Shown piece after piece: positions 47,511-56,489 of a stretch of DNA of 64,000 nucleotides. Source of the DNA: Candidatus Woesebacteria bacterium (GTDB taxonomy: Bacteria > Patescibacteriota > Microgenomatia > UBA8517). A program made the position numbers and the translations under genes. Location: positions 16,358 to 80,357 of the forward strand of contig CP055308.1 of NCBI GenBank assembly GCA_013374855.1, read 5' to 3'. The stretch's first letter is position 1. Each line of letters starts with the position of its first letter. The notes under the pieces were generated by a model. It had not been told where the DNA came from. It ran no database searches and worked only from the letters and a program-made list of their open reading frames with translations.

Positions 47511-48623
47511 TTACCCCTGCATTTTCTGTTTGTCGCCCGGAGAAGGAATATGGGGAATTAAATTTTCGGAGAAATAACTTAAAGATTCATTCCATTTCTG
47601 ACTCCAGCTATTCCTATCTTCACCATCCAATAAAGGAGCAACCTCTTCCACAAAAGAAGTTAAGTTTAGGAAAAATGCCCCCAATTCTGGCAAGTTCATA
47701 ATTCTTGTTCTATCAATTCCTGAAGACAGCTCTCTGGCAAAATTATCTACATCAGATTTCATAAACATCTCAATAACTTGACGATAGGTCATTTTTGCTC
47801 TTCTACATAAGTCTTCAAAAATAAATCTCCCAGCGCTACCGGCAGAAGACGGAAAAACAATAGAATCTACATCACGAATTTCGTTATCAAGCACCCACTC
47901 TGTAAAAGTAGAATTAATTATTCTATTCATTCCCCCAAAACTACTGTCATTATCTCGATCTAGGGTATAGACACCAAAACCGTATGCAAACAAAACTTCC
48001 GGCCTGTACCCAAAAAGTTTTTCTAAAATTTCATTTTGAAAAAGATGGTTTTCCTGTTCTCCTTTTGAAATTTTAACCTCTCCCGGCAGAGAAAAAGATA
48101 AACTAGCGGCATCTCGAAGAGTAATATGTTCTCCACAAATATAATATTTCATTCCATACCCTCCAGTGGACAATTCATTAAAAGACATTATTGAAACAGG
48201 ATCCTTCCAACCCTGTTCTTTTAAAAGATCGTAAATATCCCGATGATTTGCCGGCAAATTATCGGGATTAGATAAAAGTTCCACTCCCAACGACAGGCCT
48301 TTTTCTTTATAGAACAGAAGCTTATCTTTATTATTTTCCCCCAAAAGACGGTACATTTCATTATTAACCATACCTTCTCTTTTTAAGACCTCAGGCAGAT
48401 AAACAAATATACCCATATAGGCAGGGTCATTGTTTTTGTCTTCTATCTTACTTTGAAAAAGGCGAAAATCGGTTTCAAGAAGCAAATTATCATGTTGTCC
48501 CTCTCTCGCTTGGAATAATTTAGACAATCCGAATGCCGCTGCTGCTCCTGCCGCACCTCCATAAGCAATTAATTTTAGCGCTTCACGCCTGCTAATTTCA
48601 GTATTGCTCTCAGTATTACTCAT
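47511..48623 (-). CDS. Hypothetical protein with twin-Arg-like N-terminus
   Basis: ISRREALKLIAYGGAAGAAAAFG. Confidence 0.7.
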   Translation of the reverse strand: MSNTESNTEISRREALKLIAYGGAAGAAAAFGLSKLFQAREGQHDNLLLETDFRLFQSKIEDKNNDPAYMGIFVYLPEVLKREGMVNNEMYRLLGENNKDKLLFYKEKGLSLGVELLSNPDNLPANHRDIYDLLKEQGWKDPVSIMSFNELSTGGYGMKYYICGEHITLRDAASLSFSLPGEVKISKGEQENHLFQNEILEKLFGYRPEVLFAYGFGVYTLDRDNDSSFGGMNRIINSTFTEWVLDNEIRDVDSIVFPSSAGSAGRFIFEDLCRRAKMTYRQVIEMFMKSDVDNFARELSSGIDRTRIMNLPELGAFFLNLTSFVEEVAPLLDGEDRNSWSQKWNESLSYFSENLIPHIPSPGDKQKMQG

Positions 48624-48855
48624 ATAATCTCTTTTTAAAAATTCTTTTTAAGCCACGAGTCGACCCTAGAAAAACCACTTTTGCTCCATCTTTTCCGGCA
48701 TCCTTAAAGAGTATAACCTCCCCTAGAAGGTGCTCACTATCTGGTCTATTTCTAATAACTACAAATTCTTCCCCCTTAAAAAAGACCCTATCACCATTCG
48801 CTATTGGGTCATCTAGATCATCTAATCTTGGATGACTTTTATTTTCTCTTTCCAT
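48616..48855 (-). CDS. Small hypothetical protein
   Basis: 79-aa ORF overlapping next start; TTGACA/TATAAT promoter upstream. Confidence 0.6.
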   Translation of the reverse strand: MERENKSHPRLDDLDDPIANGDRVFFKGEEFVVIRNRPDSEHLLGEVILFKDAGKDGAKVVFLGSTRGLKRIFKKRLYE

Positions 48856-48929
48856 AATCCAGAATAAGAAAAAGCTAATATAGATATTATAGGATAAAAA
48901 GAAGGATTGTCAATACCGGAAAATGAGGC

Positions 48930-49435
48930 TGAGCTAGGTTGGGACAGGTTGGGAGGTTGGAACAGCGTCGGACACTGCCATATAAGGGCAGGAGAGTAGA
49001 AGAGTGGAAGTTATTAGTTATTTCTGCTTGCCCTTCCGTAGCCTTGGCGAAGGAGGGTGATTTGTAATTTGGAATTTGTGTATCGTTTGTAATTTGTAAT
49101 TTGATTGGTTCTTTGAATTTGTGATTTGGAATTTTTCTTCTTTGTTCTATGTTGTATAGAAGAGCGGGAGAGTAGAAGTTAATTCAAATGGTCAAGGGTC
49201 AATGGTCAATGGTTAATGGTCAATAGTTAATTGTTAATTGTTATTTGTTATTTTTGCTTTGTAATTTGTAATTTGATTCTATAAAGGTCTCGCCTTTATT
49301 AAAGGCCAGACCTTATTAGGAGATCTGTTCAAGGTTGCGTGTTCTATCCGTTAATTGTTAAATGTTAATAGTTAATTGTTCGCGGGGAGCGTTGTTGTTA
49401 GTTGGCAGTTGTTAGTTGGCAGTTTGCAGTAAGCG
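48930..49435. repeat. Mosaic heptamer-repeat array B, inverted homologue of array A
   Basis: 49190-49396 is the reverse complement of ~33817-34020 with unit-number changes; 49139-49180 matches 34118-34160; includes palindromes cccttccgtagccttggcgaaggaggg and aaggtctcgcctttattaaaggccagacctt. Confidence 0.9.
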
Positions 49436-49438
49436 CGC

Positions 49439-50719
49439 CTACGCTATTCTTTCTTTGAGGGCTCTGTAGTACTTTTCTAAATAGTCAAAAGCAAGCTGCC
49501 AATGACGCTCCCCCATCCCCGCCAAGGCTTTATTGCGCTCCATCTCCGCCAATACCCGAAGATGAGCTGCTTTTTGAAACTGAAAAGAAGAAATGCGATA
49601 TTCTTCAGCCAAAAGATTTTTAACCGTCTCTTCCGCCTCAACCGCATTTACAGGATCGGGGGCACCGTTTATCTTCCGCCATTTGTTAACCTGAAGCGAG
49701 GCAACAATATCAGGCTCAAAAGCAAGTTTCAAATTAGAAGCCAAAAGCCGATAAAACTTTTTAAGCGAAGTCTTTGCTTCTTCCCACTCGTGCCTGTCCC
49801 CGCTTATTAAGGCCTCTACAAAATGCTTTCCAACCTGCTTTGCAAGCTGTTTTGATATGCCATACTGCTCTTTAAGATAGCTGATCACAAAATCGCGAAA
49901 TCTTACTCCCTGCGGCACTTTGGAAAGCCTCCACCAAGAAAGCTCAAGTCTGGCAACAACCTCCGGCTTGAAAGTAAAATGACGCTCAACATCATTTCCA
50001 CCAAATCTGCGACGGCGGCGAGAGTAATCAAGAATTGCTTCTTTTAATTTTTCAGGAGTAAAATCTGGAAGATGCTCTTCTTCAAAATAGTACTCTGCAT
50101 AAGCGATTTGCCAAGGAAGATATCCAGAGGTTCGTTGTTCTCCTGATGTTCTGATAAAAAGATCCGGATATGGATAAGGCTGGCCTTTAGTATCCAGATA
50201 AGAAGCAAACAGATTTTCATCTATTTTTTCAGGAGGAATTTTATCGGCAACTATTGCTTTTACCGCTCTTAATATTTCATCTCTGCCACCATAATCAAGA
50301 GCCAAATTAAGAATATTCTTATTAAAGTGAGCAGTCTCTTTTTCCACTCTAGTCAGAAGTTCAGAAACATCTTTTGGAAATCTATCTTTGCGTCCAAGAT
50401 GAACAAGGCGTACTTTATCTTCTTTAGCTTCTTTCAAAAACTCAACTAATCCCTTTCGCAAAAGATCCAAGATTGCATCTATCTCCTCCTTAGGACGGGA
50501 CCAGTTTTCAGTTGAAAAAGCCCAAATGGTAAATGTGTGAACTCCCATTTTACGCGCAGCTTTGGCTACTTTCTTAATAGCCTCATATCCTGCCCTATGT
50601 CCTTCCCAAGGAGGAAGACCACGACTTCTCGCCCAACGACGGTTGCCATCTAAAATCATTGCTATGTGATCTGGAATTTTTGTTCCCTTTGGAAGCTTTA
50701 GACCTTCTTTAATTTTCAT
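49439..50719 (-). CDS. uppS: cis-prenyltransferase (UppS) fused to helical domain, copy 2
   Basis: Near-identical protein to 46069-47358 with many synonymous differences. Confidence 0.92.
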   Translation of the reverse strand: MKIKEGLKLPKGTKIPDHIAMILDGNRRWARSRGLPPWEGHRAGYEAIKKVAKAARKMGVHTFTIWAFSTENWSRPKEEIDAILDLLRKGLVEFLKEAKEDKVRLVHLGRKDRFPKDVSELLTRVEKETAHFNKNILNLALDYGGRDEILRAVKAIVADKIPPEKIDENLFASYLDTKGQPYPYPDLFIRTSGEQRTSGYLPWQIAYAEYYFEEEHLPDFTPEKLKEAILDYSRRRRRFGGNDVERHFTFKPEVVARLELSWWRLSKVPQGVRFRDFVISYLKEQYGISKQLAKQVGKHFVEALISGDRHEWEEAKTSLKKFYRLLASNLKLAFEPDIVASLQVNKWRKINGAPDPVNAVEAEETVKNLLAEEYRISSFQFQKAAHLRVLAEMERNKALAGMGERHWQLAFDYLEKYYRALKERIA

Positions 50720-50814
50720 CTTAAAAATACTGCTCAAAAATTATAACAGACAAAAACAAAAAACAAAATCCATATTTGAATTAACTTAATAAAGCATAAA
50801 AAAATGCCAGCTAA

Positions 50815-51879
50815 TTAATAGTTTCGGTTAGTAATAAAATCAATTATTGTTAAAATCTGCATGCGGTATGGGTTTTTGGAAAGAAATCCAAGCTCACTTT
50901 CAAAATACTCCGTCGCTTTATCTTTCCATTCCAAGGCAAGCTTACGAGCATAATCAATCGAACCATATTCCTTCATTTTCTCAACAACCCACAAAACCTC
51001 ATCTTTTGTCTTTTCTTCACGCGTTTTTTCAAGAACACTTTTCAGTTTTTTCCTATCTACCTGATTTGCTTTTTCAAAAAGATGAGCAAGCAAAACAGTG
51101 ATTTTACCCTCATAAATGTCCCCGGCAAATTCTTTTCTGCCACTAAAATCTCCTGTCACGTCCAAAACATCATCTGTCAATTGAAACGCACGCCCCAACA
51201 AAACTCCAAACTGGGCAAGTTTCTCAAGTTGAAAATCGTTTGCTCCAGCAACAATTGCCCCAAGCCTCATCGGACAGGCTATCGTATAATAGGACGTTTT
51301 TCCATCGGCAACAAAGTACCAGTCTGATACATTAAATCGCATTTTTTTATCTCTTGTCCATTTTATCTCAGTCATCTGTCCTAAGGTTGTCCTTGAAAGT
51401 TGAACATAAAACTCGTTAGCAAGTGCAAAAGTTTTCTTTTCCCCTAAAACTTCTCTTGAATCAAGAAGAACCTTCCACATAATATTATGGAGAGCATCGC
51501 CCGCGTTTACCGCCAACTCGTTCCCATAAATCCTGTGCAGAGCCGGCAGACCCCGTCTTTTTGGTGAATCATCCTCAACATCATCATGAATCAAAAGCCA
51601 ATCCTCTGATATTTGCATTGCACAAGCAGGTGGTAAAAGGTCACCAAGTTTTACCCCCATTGCCTGGCCAGTTAAACACAAAAGCGCAGGCCGCAGATAT
51701 TTTCCTTTTCTTTTTGGATAATCCGAAACCACCTGCCAGAAGAAATCCTCTTCTCTTTTGCATTTGCGCGGCACTTTAAATGGAGTAGGAAAATCAGGGG
51801 TTTGGAGATATTTTTCGATTCTTGGGAATATACGTTTTTGATAATATTGCAAAATTTTCTCTGGCGACTTTGGTTTCAT
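50815..51879 (-). CDS. trans-Polyprenyl diphosphate synthase (GGPPS-like)
   Basis: GKYLRP, LIHDDVEDDSPKRRG (FARM), AVNAGD, GQ, KT, AFQLTDDVLD (SARM). Confidence 0.92.
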   Translation of the reverse strand: MKPKSPEKILQYYQKRIFPRIEKYLQTPDFPTPFKVPRKCKREEDFFWQVVSDYPKRKGKYLRPALLCLTGQAMGVKLGDLLPPACAMQISEDWLLIHDDVEDDSPKRRGLPALHRIYGNELAVNAGDALHNIMWKVLLDSREVLGEKKTFALANEFYVQLSRTTLGQMTEIKWTRDKKMRFNVSDWYFVADGKTSYYTIACPMRLGAIVAGANDFQLEKLAQFGVLLGRAFQLTDDVLDVTGDFSGRKEFAGDIYEGKITVLLAHLFEKANQVDRKKLKSVLEKTREEKTKDEVLWVVEKMKEYGSIDYARKLALEWKDKATEYFESELGFLSKNPYRMQILTIIDFITNRNY

Positions 51880-51899
51880 TTAAAGTATTATAACACCGC

Positions 51900-52140
51900 T
51901 TCACAAACTACCAACTTCCAACTGCCAACAGGCTACAAGGAATAAAGTTAGAATATAGAATAAAGAATGTAGAACAGAGATAAGTGGCATCAGGTAGAAA
52001 ACGAGTTGGTGAATAGTGATTTGTGATTTCTAACCTTTGTTGTTTGTCCTATTCTTGTTAACAGTTAATTGTTAAAAGTTAAAAGTTACTTGTAATTTGT
52101 CAGTCTGAGACTGATAAGATAAATTAGAGACAGAATTTGG
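51900..52140. repeat. Degenerate heptamer-repeat array C
   Basis: (ctaccaa/cttccaa/ctgccaa), aaagttagaatatagaat shared with array A, (gtgattt)n, (gttaaaa)n. Confidence 0.7.
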
Positions 52141-52288
52141 TTCAAATATTCCTTTTTCTTCTTTTCTTCAAGGATTCTTGAAATTTCCCTTTTCTGCTTC
52201 TGTTTCTAAGGTGTACAAGACTACTCGCATTTTTTTAATTTTCAATTTTATCTTCCTCATCACAAAGGATAAAACCAAACTACAACTA

Positions 52289-52750
52289 TTAAAGTATAGT
52301 ATACCACTCTTCTTCCTTGTCAGCTCCTTGGAAACCTATATAAGACTCGCCAAATTCAGAGATAGGAATTCCTATCTTAGACCAATAATCCCCATCGCTA
52401 AACACAAGAAGTTGTGAATAGAAGTCCTTTTGCCTTAAACCTACGGCCAGAACATGCGTTCTGTACATATATTTTACATCTGTAACATAGTCAAAACTAA
52501 CACCACCTGCTAATAACTTTCTAAAAGGTTGATGAAGAGAGACACTTATCCAATTATTCTTGTTATATTTGTTTGGAGTTTCGAATAGAATTCTAGTAAA
52601 AATTCCATTCTTAAATTCTCTATAAAAACTGCAAGGATCTACTATTTGCGCGTTAGCTTCTTCTAAAACAGTAACTTCATTCTTCCAATCAGGACCTAAA
52701 ACACGACGAACTTTTTCTGGATAAAACAACTTATTGGATTTAATAGGCAT
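52289..52750 (-). CDS. Hypothetical protein
   Basis: 153-aa ORF, TGGTATAAT just upstream of ATG. Confidence 0.65.
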   Translation of the reverse strand: MPIKSNKLFYPEKVRRVLGPDWKNEVTVLEEANAQIVDPCSFYREFKNGIFTRILFETPNKYNKNNWISVSLHQPFRKLLAGGVSFDYVTDVKYMYRTHVLAVGLRQKDFYSQLLVFSDGDYWSKIGIPISEFGESYIGFQGADKEEEWYTIL

Positions 52751-52896
52751 ACATTTAAATTATACCAATTAAAATCTACACAATAAAAAAGATAAAGCTG
52801 GAGAATGATTCTCTATCGTGGTGGGGCACGAGTACTGGATAAACCAGCAGCTTTATCTTAAACTCCCACTATTTAGTTGTTGAACCAGTAGAAGAG

Positions 52897-53154
52897 CTAC
52901 TTTTCCTGTTTACCAGTGTTGAAATTGTAGCGCTCAACTGGTCTACCATTGGGGTCGTACCTTGAAATAGTCAATCCCTCTGGATGTCGGTGGAGATGGG
53001 TTTCCCAACCAGTTTCTAAATCCTTGATAACCTTAACCACCTCTCCTGGACGCGGCCCATTTGACAGGTAACTTTCAACTAGGTCTTTATACTGGCTGAA
53101 ACCGTAACGATTGCTCCACCCATTAGGCACCTGCCCCTTATCCTTATCACCCAT
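52897..53154 (-). CDS. Small hypothetical protein (85 aa) downstream of leader copy 2
   Basis: SD AGGAG 8 nt upstream of ATG 53154; MGDKDKGQVPNGW...ERYNFNTGKQEK. Confidence 0.7.
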   Translation of the reverse strand: MGDKDKGQVPNGWSNRYGFSQYKDLVESYLSNGPRPGEVVKVIKDLETGWETHLHRHPEGLTISRYDPNGRPVERYNFNTGKQEK

Positions 53155-53446
53155 TTCGCACACTCCTCTAGCCAAAAAAGTCGGCTGACTACTAAAGTGA
53201 TACGGATTGGTTTTGCTTGGAAAACAAGGTTTCTCTTCTTTGGGGTTTTTCTTTTCTCTCAGTGACCTTTTTTTAATTTTGGCTAGTATTCCTCCCGCTT
53301 TTGGGAGTCAGCCCACAAGAATAGTGGTTTGAAGAGAAAGATTACCCTCTTGAAGAAGAAAACACTTGCACCAAGCCTGTCAAGGTACAAGCAGCTTTTG
53401 CCTGCTTTGGAAGCAATGATATCAGAAGACAGAAGAAGAAGTCAAG
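53155..53446 (-). ncRNA. Promoter plus structured ~250-nt leader RNA, copy 2
   Basis: Homologous to 21960-22250; TTGACT-18nt-TATCAT promoter; stem from gcttgg(53215)/ccaagc(53376); inner ctccc/gggag. Confidence 0.7.
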
Positions 53447-53454
53447 ACTCTGCC

Positions 53455-53679
53455 CTACTCTTGTGAAGGCTGGATGCCAAGAAGCCAAAGAACAGCTTCT
53501 TTCTTATAGCGACGGTCACCGCGAGAGTTGATTCTTATTGGAACGAGTTTTCCTCTTTTGCCCCATCTTTTAATTGTAAGAGGAGAAACGCGCAACAAAT
53601 CTGCTACCTCTCGAACGGTAAGTAAATCAGGCAAATCCTCAAGCCTTATTTTCTTTCTTTTCCTTTTAACCTCATCCAT
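53455..53679 (-). CDS. MerR/excisionase-type (BldC-like) HTH DNA-binding protein
   Basis: LLTVREVADLLRVSPLTIKRW..G.L..IR....GDRRY. Confidence 0.85.
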   Translation of the reverse strand: MDEVKRKRKKIRLEDLPDLLTVREVADLLRVSPLTIKRWGKRGKLVPIRINSRGDRRYKKEAVLWLLGIQPSQE

Positions 53680-53756
53680 TGATTTATTTTGTTATATTTA
53701 ATAATAATTAGATATTATGTCAAAGCTAAAATTAAACTTTAATCAATCACAAAATA

Positions 53757-54671
53757 TCAAAGAGAAACACCTCTGTCAATAGCCTTTTTTCTTGCCTTCC
53801 AAGAAATAAGCTTTAAAGGAAAAACTACAACAGCTTTAAATATCCTCCCTACTCGCTTGGGCTGTATCACAAGTCGCCAGAGCCATTCTAGACCCCGTTT
53901 CTCCAAGAACTTGGGAGGTTTCTTAACTTTGCCTGAGACGTAGTCAAAAGACCCACCCACAGTCATTGCAACACCAACCTCAAGATTGGGAAGATTTCTG
54001 TCAAGCCAAAGCTCCTGTTTTGGTGCGCCAAAACCAACAAACAAAAAATGTGGCCTAATTCTGTTAACAGATTCCAGAACTTCACTTTCTATTCTTTCAT
54101 TTTCAAGACCAACTGGTTGCCCATATCCGTCAAGAACAGGCCCAACAAAAGGAAAAATCTTAATTTTCTTATAGCTTTTCTGCAAGACCGCTGCTGCTTT
54201 TTGAGCGCTTTCTCCCTTATCGCCAAGAAAAACAACTCTCCATCCTTTCTTATTTGCCAAAAAAACAAGTCTTTCAAAAAGCTCACGTCCTTTAATCAAA
54301 TTAAGAGAAGAAATATTCTTTCTGTTTAAAAGGCACAAAAATGCAGCGTAAAACATTTGAAAAGGCAAAACCAAGAAAGAAAATGGTCTTTTTGGACTTT
54401 TAAGATTCAAAAAGAAATCAGCAAGTAAAAGTCCCACTCCGTCAGGAACCGCAAAATCAGATTTATCTATAAAAGAATGAAGTTTTGGGATTGAAATCGC
54501 CTTCAAAATAATCTCCGGATTTGGAGTTGTAATAACCAAAGGTGAAAATCTAGGTGTTCTTTTTTCAAAAAGCAAAGCTTTAACTCTAGATTCTCTTAGC
54601 ACTTGATTAATTGAAGTGCTACTCAAGTTTACATCTAATATTTTTACCTTATTTAGGGCATTTTTTAACAT
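53757..54671 (-). CDS. WecG/TagA-family glycosyltransferase
   Basis: TTPNPE, PDGVG, FVGFGAPKQE, VGGSFD, GLEWLWRL..QP.R. Confidence 0.92.
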   Translation of the reverse strand: MLKNALNKVKILDVNLSSTSINQVLRESRVKALLFEKRTPRFSPLVITTPNPEIILKAISIPKLHSFIDKSDFAVPDGVGLLLADFFLNLKSPKRPFSFLVLPFQMFYAAFLCLLNRKNISSLNLIKGRELFERLVFLANKKGWRVVFLGDKGESAQKAAAVLQKSYKKIKIFPFVGPVLDGYGQPVGLENERIESEVLESVNRIRPHFLFVGFGAPKQELWLDRNLPNLEVGVAMTVGGSFDYVSGKVKKPPKFLEKRGLEWLWRLVIQPKRVGRIFKAVVVFPLKLISWKARKKAIDRGVSL

Positions 54672-55150
54672 ATTTTTAGTAAATTTTTACAAAACAAACT
54701 TGTTTTAAGATGTAAAAAAAGACAAAAATACCAAAACAAACCTAAACTAGAGGAAATCATAGATGCTTTATTCAATTCCCCTAGTAAAAGATATTATCTA
54801 GTTCTATAAAATCAGATCCATATAGATAAAATCTGATCTTGACTAGAAAAATCATTATACTACAGGAAATATAAACACAAAATACTGAAATAAAAAAACC
54901 AATTTATGAACAAAATTATTCTACAAAAATTAAACCTAATTTTGACTAATTATCCTCAAGTTATCTTCAATTATTTTCAAAAAAGACAAATCAAACTATA
55001 AAATATCTCAAACTAAAAACCGCTTACTCGAATTTGCTAAAAAATAAACGCAAAAATTAACGCAGAGAAAATATTTAGAACTAAGAAAACTTATTTTCAA
55101 AGAACCTGTAGTAATTACTATTATTTATATTTTTATATTTAACAATAAGC

Positions 55151-56164
55151 TTAACCTTTAGTTGTCACACTCCGCTTCCAAAGCTCTATGTTTTCAAGCA
55201 CCAAACCAGTTCCTTTAACCACACAAAGCTGTGGGTCTTCTGCAACATGGGCAGGAACCCCCGTTTCTAAAGTCATATATTTGTCCAAATTAGTCAAAAG
55301 ACTTGTTCCTCCACTCATAATTATACCCTTATCTATAATATCAGCCGCCAATTCCGGCGGTGTGTCCTCAAGAACCGACTTTACCACACCAACTATCTGA
55401 TTTACCACATTTCTTATAGCCTCTGTTATCTCCTTGGATGTCAAGACCACACTCCTTGGCAGACCAAAAACCAAATCGCGACCTGATACTTCAAGCTTTT
55501 CCTCTTTACCTTCGGGTATAGCAGAACCTATTTTAACTTTAATCTCTTCTGCAGTCTGATCTCCTATTATCAAATTATATTTCTTCTTCAGGTATTCTTG
55601 GATAGCCTCATCAATTTTATTCCCAGCCACTCGCGCGCTTCTGTGGACAACAACTCCACCCAAAGAAATAACCGCCGCTTCTGTTGCACCCCCTCCACTA
55701 TCTACTATCATATGTCCCGATGGAGCTGAAACTGGGATACCTGCTCCAATTGCAGCCGCCAATGGTTCATCAATCAAATACGCATGAGCTGCGCCAGCAG
55801 AAAGAGTTGCATCAAGTGCCGCTCTTCTTTCAACCTGCGTGCATCCTGCCGGCACACACACCATAACATCAGGTTTGAAAAATAAAAACTGCCCGCTTAC
55901 TTTTTGAATAAAATAACGAAGCATTGCCTCTGTAACCTGATAATCTGCTATAACTCCATCTCGCATTGGGCGTGAGGCAATTAAAGACTCTGGGGTTCGC
56001 CCCAGCATCTTTTTTGCCTCTTCCCCTACTGCCACTACCTCATTACTCTCTGCGGATACCGCGACAACCGTTGGCTCATTCACTACTATTCCCTCTCCTG
56101 CCACCCAAACCAAAGTGTTAGCGGTACCCAAATCTATTGCTATTTTTTTCCTTATCTCTATCAT
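55151..56164 (-). CDS. mreB: Rod shape-determining protein MreB/Mbl (copy 2)
   Basis: AIDLGTANT, RPMRDGVIADY, TQVERRA, DSGGGATEAA, SGGTSLL. Confidence 0.95.
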   Translation of the reverse strand: MIEIRKKIAIDLGTANTLVWVAGEGIVVNEPTVVAVSAESNEVVAVGEEAKKMLGRTPESLIASRPMRDGVIADYQVTEAMLRYFIQKVSGQFLFFKPDVMVCVPAGCTQVERRAALDATLSAGAAHAYLIDEPLAAAIGAGIPVSAPSGHMIVDSGGGATEAAVISLGGVVVHRSARVAGNKIDEAIQEYLKKKYNLIIGDQTAEEIKVKIGSAIPEGKEEKLEVSGRDLVFGLPRSVVLTSKEITEAIRNVVNQIVGVVKSVLEDTPPELAADIIDKGIIMSGGTSLLTNLDKYMTLETGVPAHVAEDPQLCVVKGTGLVLENIELWKRSVTTKG

Positions 56165-56489
56165 CTATTTTGATATATTAAAATAGTATTAAGATATATT
56201 TAATGAAAACTTTGTAAGAGTCATTTTAGACTATCAAAAAAAAATTGGCAATTGTAAGAAAGTTAAAATTCAAAAATAAACCTCAAAAACCAAAACTTCA
56301 CCAATCTAACAACTTTAATAAGTTTTTTACTTGGATTCTTGAATTTTTGAATTTACTCCGCAATTACAATAACACCATCCAATCCAATCTGATATAGCTT
56401 CTGTTTTGTTCTATATTATCTTTTTGCTGTAAATAATAAATTCACAAACATTATTCTATACTTACCCTTTTTAAGCTATAATATTGCCA

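Noticed and set aside
53455-53679. Prophage excisionase marking an integrated element
   Set aside because: No integrase or phage genes nearby; a stand-alone HTH regulator is more likely
54680-55150. Replication origin in AT-rich intergenic region
   Set aside because: Only two mismatched DnaA-box-like 9-mers (ttatcctca, ttatcttca), no dnaA nearby and no visible skew switch
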